Origin: Lepidodermella squamata
Taxonomy: Eukaryota > Animalia > Gastrotricha
DNA: 64,000 bases
Reading direction: 5' to 3'
NCBI GenBank assembly: GCA_047495785.1
Contig: JBLDXI010000020.1
Location: forward strand, 1,984,001 to 2,048,000
The translations under genes and the position numbers were made by a program. Below the pieces are notes generated by a model that was given only the letters and a program-made list of their open reading frames with translations, ran no database searches and was not told the DNA's origin. Shown here piece after piece: positions 8,094 through 23,800 of the stretch (positions are counted from its first letter, which is position 1; every line of letters begins with the position of its first letter).

Positions 8094-10610
8094 ATCCTTT
8101 TTCAGAAACTCAACTCTGAATAAAACAACAACGCGACATTCGCGTGGGTTGTCGCGTCGAATCCGCCGACGGCAGCCGAACGATAGGCGCAGCAGCGCGC
8201 GCACGAAACAATGCAGCTGTGCGACGGAATAAACAGCGGGCGATGAGGTTTTAGAGCCAGCTACCGATCACTTTCTTTACTCTACTCTTTATTCTACCAT
8301 GAAATGAAAAATTTAAAATAAAATAATGATAATTTAAAATGATTTTATTCACTCAGTATTACCCAAGTCGACTACGATATTCATGTCTTGCGGGCTGAGC
8401 TTATGGCTGAGTATTACATGGCGGAGAAAATGATGGTGATTGTTTAGGAGAAGATCCCGAGTGCTTCAGATTTCCAGATGGGGTTAAATCGGTGTCGTCT
8501 TTCGGAAGCTGTGTACGTTTCGGAATTCTGAACACTATAGATAATTAACTAATATTTTATATAGGTAATATTAGTATCTTTCTTGTACTTTAAATTACTA
8601 ATATAGGTGAAATCTCAATTATTAGCCTACGAATTTAAACATTTTCGAGTCCCGATCATATTAGGTATAGCTCGCCATCATTAGCTTAGAATTTAGGAAT
8701 TCGGTTATATTTATCCCGAGAGAAAATGTCTTCAAGGGCTCTATGAATATACCCACAATTAAGGTATCACTTTTTGCTTTTTAAAAATAATAAGAACTTG
8801 GCGTATTCTTAGCATTTTCCCGATATTTCCGCCCTCGCGAAATCATTCATTCAACCACTTTTCCAAATACAATGTTACTGAATGTTTTTTTATTTATAAA
8901 ACTCAAGGACTAAAGGCTCGCGACGGCTCGTCGCCGATTTGAGAACAATGTACACAGGTGAGGGCGGCTATGAAGTATATACAATAAAGCTCAGAAGTGA
9001 AAAAAAACGAAACCAATCAATGGTCAGCAGCCAATTTCTTTTTCGCACGCCGATATTATTATGCTTATATATACAGGTACGCAGTGAAAATCGCAACTTT
9101 GTACTAAATGAATGTGTTTACTATACCACTCGACACTTCAATTAGCATCAAAAAATTTGCGTCAATTTTTTAGCCACATGAGGACGCAAAGTGTAATAAA
9201 TGCATAACTTTTTTTGACTTTGCACCGCTATAAAACATTTAGTTTTATTTTCATCCTACTACCACACCAAGCAATAAATCGCTACGCACCTGAGACTGAT
9301 GAATGTAGCCTATGCTCGTGCCACTTTTGCTTGACATGCCCACGAGAATTCCCTGATGTGTCTTATATGAGGCTGGCGGGATTTTGTGCTTGGCAACATC
9401 AAAAGAATCGCCCGTCTTTCAGTTTTCAATGTGTCGATCATCTTTCAGCCAGCGTGAATGGGCCGTTACGTATAACCTAATAATTAAGCTGCATCAGCCG
9501 TCTACAGTACTGTGGGATTTTTTCTATTAGGATTGTTTATGAGTTTTATAATCGCGCCACTTGATAAATTTCTTTGGAGTAAGTAACCAACGTCTAGAAA
9601 AGATAAAATCTAGGATTCCTGGTTTTGGAAAATGAAGATTTTGCCATTGATAATTAATTGCGAAAATTTAGCGGTTGCTTAATTAGGTGAATTTAGGTTT
9701 TCCAGTTTTTACATAGCCCAGTCTCGCCCGAACACCGTGATGACCTTGAAAATTAAACGGAATTTTTCGGCGAAAATTATTCATTTAGGAAATGAAAAAT
9801 ATTTGCTCTTCTTCTTCCTTGGCGAGAATTGTTACTGAACTAATATGCGATTTTCTCCTCTTTGGAAAAAACTGGCTGGAAATTATTAATTTAGTTGATC
9901 CAACCTACACTTTACGAGTCCCAAAAGTTATTTCGGCCTGGGCCTGGGAGAATTTTTCGTTTCTCGGCAAGAGGCAAATTTTAAACTATTTCGAACTATT
10001 TCGAACTATTTGGATTTCCTCTTTCGTTGAAATTCCAGGAATTTCAACTTTTTATGCATTAGCTTTCAAGCGATTTTCCGAATTTTTTGAAAATTACTCA
10101 CTTGATGACCTAGGTTTCATTATTTATGTTTCATGTCAGATCCAGGATGAATAATTAACATTAAATGTCTTCGCTGCTAGCTCGCAGCTCGCAATCAATT
10201 TTTCAAGTCCGATAATGGCAGATATGGGCCATTTTTCGATGACCAGGGCCAACATTTCTGAATTTCAGGCGAAGCTCGTTCTGAATAGGTGGCCGTTTTA
10301 TTGCCTAATATCAAAAGCGCCTGCAGGTGTAGCTGAACACTGTCTTTTCATATCATTTTTTCGGCTGAATCGGTGAACTGTATTGTTCAATTTTTCTATT
10401 TACAAGTTGTTTTTCTCGCTTTCATTCTAGAGTGATTTTTTTACTCATCAATAATTTACCGGTATGAACGACCAAGGTGTCTGTAAACGCGCCGTTTTTC
10501 TCGTACTCGACAACCTCCTAGCTTAATTAATTGCTAAAATTTATTACTGAAAAGCGAAATTCGCCCCAGTTTACGAGGTCATTCCTGACGTGGAATAGCT
10601 TCAAATTACC

Positions 10611-13447
10611 ATGGATCTGCAGCTCAACATCGCGTTGACCACGCTTCAGATGCAGCCGGCTGATCGGCCGGATGCTTCCGTTGAATCTGTGGCTAGTTGG
10701 CTGCGTGAAAAAAGCAAGGTGTTCAAGCCTCTCGATGAAAGTGAGCAGAATTTTGATTGATTAATTCCTAATTTCGACTCATTTATTTCAGCAATTTTAA
10801 TGGACGTTGCTCGCAATTGTTCGCTTCAGATGTTCCCGGCTAACCATGTCCTAATCCGCCAGGGCGAAATCGGTGACTGGTTCGTTTCAAACCTTTTCGA
10901 ATTCGATTTGAAATTTCTAAGTTTTTTCTAGTTTTTACATCATTTTACAAGGCCAAGTTGCCGTTTACATTCACACCGACCTCGAACCCGGAAAATTAGC
11001 CGGTATTAAAGACGAACCTGTTAAGGAGGACACGAAACTTGGCCGGAAAAGTCACAGTCACGACGAGCCTGAGAAGAAGAAGGAGGAGAAACTTGATAGA
11101 AATCTATTTGGCAAGCACATCGTGACGTTGAGCATTGGCGCGAGTTTCGGCGAGTTGGCGCTCATCAATGATGATTGTATTCGTAACGCCTCGGTTATCA
11201 CCGACGAACCCTGTCACTTCATTTGCATCGATAGATCGCTTTATAATCGGTAAGGAAAAAATCATAAATTTTTACATTTTCGTGTGATTTGAATTTTCGG
11301 CTTTTCTCGGCTGAAAGATGACAGATTTAGGCAGCTACTTTATGAAAATTAAAAAAATTTAAAGCTGAATATTGAAATGTTTTTTTGTCAATTTTATTGA
11401 AAAATTAGGTCGCTAAAGGGCTTTCAGAAGCGAGATTTCGAAGATCGTAACAACTTCGTTGAAACACATCCGATATTTTCGCAATGGCCGTGGCGGCTCA
11501 AGCGGCAAGTGGCGATGAGTTTGGAGCGCGCAACTTTCGATTTCGACAGCTTGATTGCGAAACAAGGCAAACCTGCTAACACAGTCTTCTTCATTTTCAG
11601 GTAAATTTTCAACATATTTTACATTTAAATTACCGTATTTGTTCCAATAGTAGCCCATTGGACTACTACTAGTCACTAATAATCGCCCATCCCTAATAGT
11701 AGCCCAGGGTTGAGGGGTCAAGTTGGTTCGAAAACATGAAAAATGAACGATTCTTCACGGGAAATTAAATTTTCAAAATTTTCAAAACTTCGAGGTTGAA
11801 ATTTTAATAGCCCGGGCTGCTATAGGAACAAATACGGTACCTATTTAAGTGTGAGAAATTCAGAAAAATTCGATATTTGCTGTGTGCGCACCCTAAATTT
11901 TGGTTCCAGCACTGAATTTGACGTTCCAGCAATTATTGATCCGATATCGATTGCAGTGATTTTTCCGATATTGCCAATGTTAAAAATTTATCTTAAATCA
12001 AATGGGGTTCCAAAAGGCTCTGGTGGAATCATTATCGATCAAGGCAGATAGATAAAAATCGGAAAAATTCAGTGCTCGAACCTCAATTTGAGTTGGGCAA
12101 ATTTCATCCAATTTTATGATTTTAAAAGTATTAAGCTGGATTTTTTATTTTTCCAACATTTTTTGTATTTTGTATTCCGTTTTAAGGGGAACAGCGAGAA
12201 TGAGCTACAACACTGCCGTGATGCATGCGTCTAGTGGCGGCATAGTACCTCGACCCTCGATCAACTACGACACCGGTTCCAGTTCCAGCAACTCGTTAAT
12301 GGTGAATGGCAACGCGATGCGCGGGCGCACTGGTTCCACCGCCGGCACCTCCCTCAACACGCAATCCCCCAACAGCAGCGGCACCCCATCGACGCAGCAG
12401 CGCATCATCGAACTGTGCTCGATCACAAACGGCGAGGCTATTGGCGATTTAGAAATGTTCTACCCCATCGATTTTTACCTGTTTACAACAGTAGCGGCGG
12501 CGCCGACGGAAGTGCTGTCGCTAAGCCAGAAAAACATGACCCGATTCCTGGAGAATAAGACAATATCGAAAATGATGTGCGAGCTGTTATCGCACGCTTA
12601 TTACCGGCTGGCAGATCGCGTCGATCGCAATATCAAATGCTCGATTTTGAACGTGATTTTCGCCAATATGAAGCAGATTGTTGACTGTTACGAGGCGAAG
12701 CGTGAACAAGAGGCGGCGAATAGACTGAAGCGGCAAGCTCGCAAGGCGAACCTGCAATCGGCCGGCGCCAAGGGCACGGCTACGCCGCGCGCCGGCTCTT
12801 ATTCGCAGGCGAGTAATCGCAACACAGTAACACCTGTTGCACCCGCCTCGAGTGCGTTCCGGCGATTTTTGACGAAGGACGACGATGCTGAAACAACGCT
12901 ACAATACGTGCCAGTTCAGCATGATAGTAACAACAACAACAACAACAATGATGACGATGAGGATGACATCCCGCCCGAGGCTAGGGAACGCGTTTTCCCC
13001 GACTGGGAGACCAGTGATGAAAGGTTAACCGCTCTTGAGGAGCGAATTAGAAGGTTCAATACCGAATTATTCGCGGAAGACGAGGGCGGGCCGAGCACGA
13101 GGCTGCCGATTAACATCACGCAGCCGGGTGCCAAGTTGAAAATTCCGTCGATTGAAGCGTCGAATAAGGTGGTGGAAATGCGGCGTTATACAGTGTCGGG
13201 CCAGCAGGGTGCACCCAGGGCTGGCACCCTGGTCAAGGTGCGCCTTGCTAAGCCTGGCGGTGTTGGCGTTGTTAGGTCGCATACGCCATCGCCGCCGAGT
13301 GAAACCAACAGCGCTAGTGGCAAAAGGCCGACGACGAACAACCAGCCAGTAGCTCAGCGTAATGTTACGTTTTCTCGCGAAGTCACTGTCAATGCGATCG
13401 ATGAAGAACGGCCTCGCAGTTTTTCGCTATCTGGGCGTCAAAAATAG
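10611..13447 (+). CDS. Cyclic-nucleotide-binding domain-containing protein (CNBD1/2-like, two cNMP domains), 5 exons
   Basis: Exons at about 10611-10740, 10792-10879, 10932-11249, 11409-11600 and 12187-13447 join in frame through GT-AG introns. They give LIRQGEIGDCFYIILQGQV and SFGELALINDDCIRNASV, plus a second domain IAKQGKPANTVFFIFRG...GEAIGDLE. Confidence 0.85.
11633..11837. mobile_element. MITE with CCGTA termini and TA target-site duplication (Tc1/mariner/pogo-type), intronic
   Basis: TA-ccgtatttgttccaatagtagccc ... gggctgctataggaacaaatacgg-TA. Confidence 0.75.
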
Positions 13448-13834
13448 CGCGTTTCACATTAAAATTATTATTATGTAAATAATTTAACTTTCAAATTTAA
13501 AAAGCTTCCGTGTATCATTAAAAAAACTGAGCGTTACAATCATTCAATCTTTTATTCTTCTTTATATTATCTATTGTTACTGTGATAGACATGAAAATTC
13601 GCATTTTTTCCATTTTAATGACTAAACTGTTACCTAGTAAATGGGTCCAGCACTAAATTTAACCTCTAATTTTCCTGATTTTTTGTAATTTCCTCATCTT
13701 GTCTAATAGACTGATATTATTGATGCACCCCCTTGTTTGTAGGAAAAAAAAATTATTTTGGGAAACTATTTCAAGATGAAATCTAGCTCGTGAACTGATT
13801 GCCGATAGCGCAAACGGGAAAAAAACAATTTCTA

Positions 13835-14155
13835 CAGCGTGTCCCGTATAATTTGCGTAATTTAAAAAAATATTGGAGGAAATAAAGCCCACGGCGAGAA
13901 TCTTCCATCATTTATCCACGATTTTACCGAAAAAATTGAAAATTTACCGGAGAAAACCCTGAAAACCCCGATGGTAACTGGTTGGATCGAATTTCTTCGG
14001 ATGTCTTTAATCCTATTCGCGAGAGACATTCTTACGGCTTTTTAGAGTTTTCCAAGATTTTTCTGGCCATGAGATATGACTTCTTCTCTCATTTTAGAGT
14101 TAAAGATTCCTTTTCCGCGCATTTTCTTTGTTTGCGTTACTTGTGGGACACGCTA
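13835..14155. mobile_element. Tc1-like MITE (CAGCGTGTCCC termini), nested inside another inverted-repeat element (about 13640-14185)
   Basis: TA-cagcgtgtccc ... gggacacgct-a-TA. The internal aaaatttaccggagaaaaccc is shared with the copy at 34695-34990. Outer arms gggtccagcactaaatt / aatttagtgttggaccc resemble those at about 11895-12090. Confidence 0.65.
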
Positions 14156-17100
14156 TATTAGGGGCAATTTAGTGTTGGACCCTTATAATTTAGGATGCGC
14201 ACTTGGAACACCCAAAGGAAATAGGATTTAAATGCGCACTCGCATTAGGTTGTGTATTGAAATTCTAGCAAATTAATTAAATAAACTCATTTATTTGTGA
14301 AAAAAAAATCATGTGATGGGAAAAATATTCTAACCGGTTATTCAGTGATCTCATTTTTTTGTCTGCAGATATTTTAATATTATTACGACTTTTATGTGCA
14401 TTGCGGCGACTTATTTTCACGTTTCTGTTATAATATTTTTCGTGACCCTTTCGCACGATGTTATCCCACCTTTAATTTCACCGTTCAGTTATTGATGGAT
14501 CGACTTTAACCGCATATTTGAAAAAGTGAAATAAAGCTGAAATAATACAAAAAATTGTCTTTTTTAGTGCAAATTTCGAAAAAAATCAAAGGTTGTCGCG
14601 GGCCAGATTTCAGGCAACATTGACTCGCCCGAGTTCTATTAAAAATTGATCATTATTAATTTTATAAGACACAGCCGATTTGATTGTATCGCAATTGATT
14701 TATCTGCATCATTGATAGACCACACGGCTGTGAATAAAAACGCATTATTCCACTCAATGAAAATCCGAGACATCATCCGCGACGGACGCACACGCATTGA
14801 ATGGGGGTGCAGTTGCCACGGATTTCTTCTTTTTTTCATGTCATTTTTCACTCGCAGCTTTTTTTTTATAACATACAAATTTCCTGCTGTCCGCCGTAAT
14901 GAATTTGGCGCCGAAAACTGATTGACATGCGATTGACGGCGAGCGGGCGCGCGCGCGCACTTCGTCTATAACAGAGAGAGTCGTATAATATTTATATCTA
15001 ATAATGGCCATTTAATGCGCGCAAAATTTTTGCCGCGGATATCCTGTGCTATCTTGTGGCTGAAAGAAACGCCTAGCTTCTTGCATTGTACTGCATATAA
15101 CATTAAAAACAGGCGTTCGTTGATACGGCGACGGGACGCAGATATGACGGAGCTGAGCTAAGTTTTCCGTATATAAAATATTATCGCTGCTTCCATTATT
15201 ATATAATCATCATTCATCGGCGGCGCGGCGAAAGAAAAGTGGAAGCAGAGGAGAGTGGTTGGTGCCCGTGCTGGCGCGCAAAAAGGCGAGCGAGTTAAGC
15301 GAGCGACATCAATAGCAACAATAAATAAAAATATCTACCAGACGAACAAAAAGAACCCGGAACGCAGAGATTTTAAATTTTATTGTATATATATATAATA
15401 TAACGCATGTAGCAGCGAAGTAGCACACGGCAATTTAGATCGACATCCGGGAATTTTATTTTTAACAACAATATAATACATTATTATGTACATATAGTTA
15501 ATTTTGCAGGGTGAGAGCGATGCGCAAATATGAGCCCTGTCAATTTCTACTACTCAATTTCAATGTCCGTAAGAGTCTATAAACAGAATTAAAATTTTGT
15601 AAACACCTCAACGAGTCGGCGAAATATACGCTAGAAGATTATAGTATTTCAAACTTGATTTCCGCGATTTTTCGCTTGGCCTGGAAAATGACTCCCTATA
15701 ACTTTGCACCTGGTTTCAGGAAAAAAATTGATAATATTCGAGATGTAGCTATTTGCGACCTTCCAATTTTAGTTCATATTTGCATTCATAAATTGCTAAT
15801 AAATTCATGACCGTCGATAAAGTGGCTAGTAACTTTGAACAACGTACCTAATTGCTTTTTCGCCAAAGTGTGCGGCAAATAATTTTTTGCATTTATTAAT
15901 TCCCTAATAGACCTCATACCTATCAGTCAATCAATATCGCACTCACAAATGATTCTAGCCTGATGTATTCGAATTTCTTCCCCGTGTCCGAATTAAGAAA
16001 AAAAGATATAATTAAACTTATGATCAGGCTTCTAATCCCGGTCCCATTTTTAGCCGTCCTTCTACCCTTGATTTTAGGTTTTTTTCCTCTTTGCTTGCGC
16101 GTTATATTTTATTGGAAAAATCACACTTCATACATCGGTAATTGCATGCGATTCATTACAAATTTATCAACGCGGCATTTTCGTAGGATGCGACCCCCTC
16201 CTGTTGCTCGCCTTCATCCACTAGATAATAATGACCACAAAAAAACGTTTAATTTTTTCACCATTGCATTCGCATATATGCGCGGCATTCCAACGGAAAA
16301 AGAACTTTTTTTTTATATACAAATTTCTCCATGTTATTTCGGTTCTTACCTCTTGCGGATATAATACTTCCGGCGTCGAGTGAAATTCGGTATAAATAGG
16401 TATATAGTCTCAAGTTTTCTCATTAGAAAAAACCGCCAGCTTTCATGTGGAATAATACTGATTTCGCCTATATCGAACTGTTATATTATTGAGACAGCCT
16501 ATAATGTGTTTTGTTTTAGCCGCTGATGCTTATTTATTTCACCGCAACTCATAGCTCTTTTCCGATCAATCATCGGCCTTAACAGATTATTCTATCAACT
16601 ATGTCTGAAGTATGTCTGAATTAAACATACTTATACATCCATCCTTGATTTCTTCTCATAAAAGTAACTCGCCTTATAACTACTTGTATATAACTCGAAA
16701 TTTTGAGCTCAAGATGTTATGCTTATTTATATTGAATAATTATTGAAATCGACCGACCAATTTTTTTTTCATCAAAAATTCAGCCCCTCGGGAGTTTTTA
16801 GTGTACAGCGCGCGGCTGAAAATTTGCCTATCCATCATTTGGCAGCCTTGAGAGTAAACACTGGACATTTTATCATTGGTTATTATTTGGTAAAAAGAAG
16901 GCGGCTTGTTCTTCAACAATTTTCACACGCGTTTATCGAGTTGGACAAGAAAATTTCCACCACAGATAAATTTTAATATCGCAAAGTGCAGCGAAGATTT
17001 TTTTCAATTTTCCCGCCTTTAAAATTGATAGTATCGCGTAGGATAATTTTTTTCACGCTTGAGTGAGTACACGCCGCAAGCGCACGCGTAAAAATTATTC

Positions 17101-17831
17101 CGATCATTATTACTATTACTATTATATATGATGATCTTCGCTATTTAACTCTGATATATACTACAATATATTATCACTGCGGTCGGAAATGCGCGCGGCT
17201 ACATGTGTCATCATCGCCATAGTATATATTGAAATTACAGTGCATTAAAAAAATGCAGCTATTGCGAAAAAACACACTTTTTTCATAATATGGCCTAGTT
17301 AAAAAAATCGCCTTTTCACTCAATTTCTTCAAGCGGAATGATCATCGCCTTTGTATTTGACACTTTTCGAATTCAATTTCAACATCCTGCAATCTTATAC
17401 CTATAGCTAGTGCTTTCATGCTTTCCGACCCTTGAATAAATTACTCTGATGCGTTGTGTTCGATTTTTGTCCGCGCGTTTTTAGTCGCATATTTTTTTTG
17501 TTGCCGTGCAGCTAGCAGTGAAGCGAAAGCGTTTCGACTATTAATCTCGCAAAAAACCGGCGCACTAGCAGCTGGCAACTTTTCGAGTCTCAAAGCAGAA
17601 AAAGTCGGTTTTTATTCGAGGTGCTCTTTTAATTTCCTGTTTTTTTATTGTATAGGTTTTTACCAAATGAAATGGCAACATTTCCCTCAGAGCCGGTATG
17701 ATATTAGGTTATGATCACCTGAGGGAAAATTCATCGATCAATAGCCTATCCACTACCACATCGAGATGTTTTCTATCATCGCATCGCTTGAGATCACCGC
17801 GGCGACCTGTAATAAATAGGGCGGTCGCCGA

Positions 17832-20800
17832 ATGTCGGCCAGCAGCGGCGGCTGGTGCCGAGCCGCGTCGAGCAATAATTCTTACAACGATCAAACCTTA
17901 TTCATAACTGCCTATTATTTTTCAACGAAATTTCCACATTCACCACCATCATCAACGCCGAATTATTTCCTCAAAACTGCTGCAGTCAATTTTTTGTTGT
18001 TACTCATCCTGGTTTTGTCTACGCCTGTTCAAGCTGGCATTCCTGTGTTGCAACCAACTGGCGCCGATGACCTGATTCGATTGTCGATCGGCCCGACGCC
18101 TGTTACCGGGCGCAATTTTTCATCGGCGCCTATCGACCAAAACACGTTGCCAGGCGTTGTCGTATTCGTCTCACCGCGAACCGCCCTCATTTCTCACGAG
18201 TTAGCCAACCGTGTCGTGGCTGATCTCCGCCAGAGGAATGAAGTCGAATTTCCTATCCGATTACGGAAAGTGAAGGTAAAAATTCAATTATTTTAAGGTG
18301 GAATTTTTAATATTTTTTTAATTTTTGATAATTTAATTCTAATATTTTAATATTTTTAATAATTAATAATTTTTTATTTTTTTAGTGCGATTTTGCCGAG
18401 GCTGTGAAAGCGGTGTATGAAATGTCGACGCTTGAATTTCGGACCTCTTTTTTGTTAACCGACCTTTGCCCCGATGTCAACTTCCGCCTCAGTCAAGTGC
18501 TCAAATACCGAAATATTGCTTTGGTAAAAAAAATTACAAATTTGTGAGTGTTTTTTTCTTGAGGACTCGATTTTTTTTTTCAGATTACTGCTTCCGACAA
18601 TAACCCGGCTTTCCGTGATCGATCCATGTATGCGAATACGTTTTCTGTTGTCCCGTCGACCGAGTCGCTCAGCAAGGCTACGCTCAAATTTTTGCAGTTG
18701 AACGCGTGGAAAAAAATGCTACTCGTTTACGATGCACATACTCCGTCGTCAAGTTATTACTCACTCGTAAGTCTTAGTTTTGCTTTTATCCCTGGCGACG
18801 TCGGTTTTCTCTCAGCTGAACTAGTGCAAATTTATCGGGATTTTAATTTCGCCTGATTGCGATAGCTAAAATATGCGTGTGGGATGCGGGCAAAATGAAG
18901 ACAAATTTTACAGATGAGAAGCCATGTCAGTAAAATAATGTCCGCATGAGCCAGATTCAATATACCGGTCGAATGAAAATATAACATTGGGATAAAAATT
19001 AATGAAAATTTTAAAATGGTTAATGAAACAATGACTTCTAAGATTAAAATCAAACGTTAACGAAAAATTCGTGAATTTTCAAAAAAATTCCAATTACCAT
19101 AATGAAAAATATCAAATGAGGCTCCGGGACTAAATTCAAGTGTGCAATAAAAGGTGCGTCGCGAAACGTAATTTAAAGTGTCGCGCAAGTGCGTATTACG
19201 TGTCGCGCTTTCTTTAATTTGCGCGCATCTTTCTGTTTTGCGCGAAGCTTGTCTGAGACCCATTTTTTGCGATCTCTGCTGGTGTCATTTTTTGATCATT
19301 AATGATGCGACGTATACATTTTGTATTCTAGCTACATTTGAATATAAACATCTGTTGTATCGGAAAAATCACTGATTTGTTAAAATCGATACGAGAAATC
19401 GATATCGAATTGTAAATTGTAAAGTAACCGCCGATATTTCAGCTGGGTCGGATATTTAAGGATTTTTAGATTTTAAGGAGACATTAAAATTTACTATAGA
19501 AAACCCATTCCAGTCCTGAAACCCTAATTTAAGGTGGGCGCTATTCATACCTATCCAATATTCATTTCGATGAATTCATCAAAAATTGCGCAGAAAATGA
19601 AAAAAATGAGTTTGTCCTCTCTATTCTATTGATTTATTGTTTTTTCAGATTTCCTCTTCTTTATTGAGATATCTGGAATATCAAGATGTCGAAGTAGCGC
19701 GACCAATTGAGAATAAAGTGTTCGAAAGCACGATCGAACGCATCCAACAAAGCGGCTTTAAGGTCATTTTTCTACTCATGCCATCCGATGAAATCGCCGA
19801 ATTTTTGTGCCGCTACCTGCGCAACACGCCCGATGTCGCTGTAGCGCGTTTCGCTTGGCTGATTCACTCGGACGTGGCTGATATTCCTATCGAAATCATG
19901 CTGCAAGAAACATGCCCCGGTGTAGATAATTTGAAATTACTGACCGCTTTTGCGATTCGATACGCGCCGTACGATATGATGAACAACGAAACTACCGTAG
20001 TCCTGCCCCATCCGAGTCGAATCATGTGCTCAGACCGCGGCCGGTTGCGGCCTCGCGACACGATGGCAGAGCAGTCAGGCGGGCTTGAATTTGTCACCCA
20101 TCCTGATGTGTCCCATTTTTACCAGACTAATACATCGCAGTTGATGTCGCACTACTACCGTTGCTACTACTACGACGGTTTGATATCGATTTTCAAGGCC
20201 CTTCGAGCCACCCTGGTCTTCAACAGCGGCAATGAACTGCACGACCCGACGGCTCAGATGTCAAATTACATGAATTTACGCATCGATGGCCGAACGGGTG
20301 CGATAAGGTTCAGCCGCACGACTAGCGAACGTTTGGGACAAGTTGAAGTTGTTCAGTTGGCGAATGGTAGACCAAGGTGGATTGTGGTCTATGACTTATC
20401 GGGGACAGCTATTGCAGCCCGGCATTTCCGTCAAATCCGCTGGCCTCGTGAGTTTTTTTACCGAATTTGTCAAAAGGGAATCAACATTTTAAAAAAATCG
20501 ATATTCTCAGATAATTACGAAAAATATATTTTTTAGAAAAAAATCGAAAATTTTAATTTCTTATATATTAAGTACATTCTTTGACTTCGTTGCCTTTATG
20601 TTTCATTCCAGAATTATCTAAAATAATTAGCGGCTTGAATAGCGTGGCGTCTCGCAGCGTGGCTGAGTCACTGACTGAACGCTTGTGGGTCTTAATTAAT
20701 TAACAATTGGTAGCTCAGATGAATTTAATTGCTTACAAGCGATGAAGTTATATTTTTTGCTAAATTACTGCCCTGGCTATATTTTTCACCAACAGGTATC

Positions 20801-23800
20801 TAATAATTTAATTGATTTTTTATAAATTTTTCCAATTATTTCCTAGCAATATTCAAGATACCAAATTCCAGTTAAAATTCGAGCTAAATTTCTTGTTTTT
20901 ATTACTGAATTTCTAGCCATAAAGCAGCGTTTTATGTATGAAGAGTCGAAAGTTTAGTCACGCGCCGAAGCCCTTGAAAAATTTATTGCCCAACATGAAA
21001 GTTGTATTCACGCGCACTAAACCTGAGGCGTGCGCGCACTCATTTTTGCGCGCGCCTCGTTGACCCATTTAAACTGAGAGCGTTTATTGTATTGTTTATT
21101 TATTGTCGTTATTCTTTATTTTGCGCGCCCGCGCAATAAAACCAGGCGGCCGTCCACCGCTCGACAGCGTCATCCGCCGCGACGAACTGCTGTCAGTGCC
21201 GCTCGAACTTTTAGCGGCTTTTTCAGCCGCGGCCCTGCTCGGCATCGCCGCGTCCATCGGCATTCTCATAACCAACATTCGCTTTCGTGGCCACAGGTAA
21301 GAATGGCTAAAACTCGAAAAATACTTGCATAAACCATTCATATGAATTGGCCATCGTCACAATTAAAAACGCACCTGTTCATCCACCTTATGATTTTTAT
21401 TTTTCATACACTGCAACAAATCGCGTGGAATTAAATATGGGCCATCAAAGTTACATCAAAATGAGCAGCCCTAATTTGAACAATTTCATACTCATCGGAT
21501 CGTGCCTCTGCTATACGAACGTATTCTTCCACGGACTTGGCTCTGATCTGCTGGCGTCAACGCGGCTTTTCGAGGCTGTTTGCACCCTTGAGGCTTGGAC
21601 CTTACCTGTAGGATTCTCACTCGCTTTCGGCGCCATGTTAACAAAAACGTGGCGGGTTAATACGATTTTTCACAGCAGCGGCTTTAAACGCCAGGCGATA
21701 CCCGACAGCCGGCTAATTATGGTCATTTCGGGCTTTGTCGCCATCGATGTTGCGCTCAACATCATGTGGGTGCTGCTTGACCCACTACAACGCGAGGTGG
21801 CCATCACGCAAGCTCCGGTGCTGGCTAATGATGCCTACGAGACGACTTCCTTCATTGAGTACTGCTCGTCAAATTACGCACTCTGGTGGACGCTAGCCAT
21901 GTGGATTCCTAAAGGCGCACTACTCGTAAGTAAAATGTTACGAAAAACTCACTGACAAGTGAAAAATGGGTTTTTCAATTTCCGAAAAATGATTTTTAAG
22001 GTATATATCAATCGAATCGTCTTGTCTCGCTGATTCGTTTGATATATATCTCTAGTTACATGTGAAACACCCATTTTTCACTTATCAGTGCGTGATAGGT
22101 AGCTAATTAATCGATTTTGATCCTCATCAACGATGATTGCTGATTTGTGTGTATGTGTGCGATTTAATATTTTATAGATTTACGGCCTTGTGTTGGCGTG
22201 GAAGACGCGCGGCGTGCGTTTGGCCGCACTTAACGACTCTTATCAAATCGGCGTCTCAATTTACATCATCGTCGTGTTGTGCACGATCGGCGCGACAGCT
22301 CAGCCTATCTTCAAGACGAAAGTTATAATATCCTACTGCGTCCTGTCGACAACGCTCATTTTGTGTACCGTCATACCTGAAATAGTCATTTTTGTACCCA
22401 AAGTGAGTTTATATAGCGATTATATGCTTATTTTTACACATTAATTTATCGGCGATCTCAGCGCATCAACAACTAGTAAACAAGTAAACAAATCAGTCCC
22501 GCTAATCATCACTTTTGGCTCTATAGACTAAGGGAAAAGTGTGAATCAATTGCAAAATTGATTAATCTGTCGCTTTTGACCTTCAGGCTGAGCTACAGAA
22601 AATAAGCAATATTCTCTGCCAATTTTTTTATTTCTGTAATAATAAACATGGGCAGATTGTCTATTCTTGAAATTGTCTCCGCCTTCGTTAATCCTACCTA
22701 GACTACCCAGAAAGCCTGTTTTGTCTCTCCACGTCAGAAAATCGGGATAATTTATGGAAAATGACCCCCATCTGTAATATTTATAATTTTTATATTTTAA
22801 ATGATTTTGCATACATTTGTTAGTCTCATCAGCTTTCGGTTTAAATTATTGAACAGATTTTCGGAAAAATTCAACTTATTCCGATGCCGTTTTATCAGGA
22901 CACTCTAATAACTTATTAATTAGCATATATTTTTTAGAAGCTATTCATTGTCTATGATTTATAAAATCGAAAGCAGAATAACAAATTTTTGGAAGGTGAA
23001 AAATCGGGTAAATTCGGCCTGCATGAGAAAAACGCAAAAAGTGAACGCCTAAAATTGAGTTTTAGTTATCCAGGCCAGAAAATTAAAAAAAAATTGAAAA
23101 ATGAGAGGAAATCCTAAATTTACTGGGAAACTCAGAATTACCTTTTCCACATTTTTTTTTAAATTCAGAAATCTTTCTTTAACAATCTAAATCAAAATGA
23201 AAAAATTCTAAAAAAATCGCCAGCAATTTTTTAGCCAGCAATAGGGTCAAAAGAGTTTTCGGTTAAATTTCAAATTATACTCTCGCAGGTTTTGCCTCAA
23301 AGAGCGAGTATAAACAAGTTGTTTTCTTATCAGATCAAAAGCTCGCACCCCCTCTTGAACAAATTACAATATTTCTACGCGAATAAACATCGTGTATATC
23401 ATCGCTTTAAAAATTTAATTTTGTTCTATAGCTACTACGACTTTGGAAAGACCCGATTGGAGACCAGCGTATGTTGCGCGAAGAGATGAAACGAGCGACG
23501 AAATCGACGAACAGCGTCGCTAACGAGCTCGCTCGTCGTTACATTTCAAGCGAGGTACGATCACGGCGGCTTCGGCTAACCGAAGTCAACGACGATATCG
23601 GCAAACTTGAAACGCAACTGGCTCAACTCAACGACCCAGACGTGAAGACCGACATCTCGATATCACTGGCTATGGTCGCGATAGGGCCATCGCTTTTCAA
23701 CGTGACAATACCGCAGGCGAGTCACGTGCCGAGTGAGGCGACAATTGCGCATGAAACCACTGATCGGCCGCTTGTAGAATGTCCCTCATCGAATGGCTTA

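Noticed and set aside
8340-10330. Possible small spliced gene on the minus strand (exon-like patches at about 8400-8530, 9290-9477 and 10160-10320)
   Set aside because: The middle patch has stops in all three frames and no coherent protein could be assembled. A non-coding transcript cannot be excluded.
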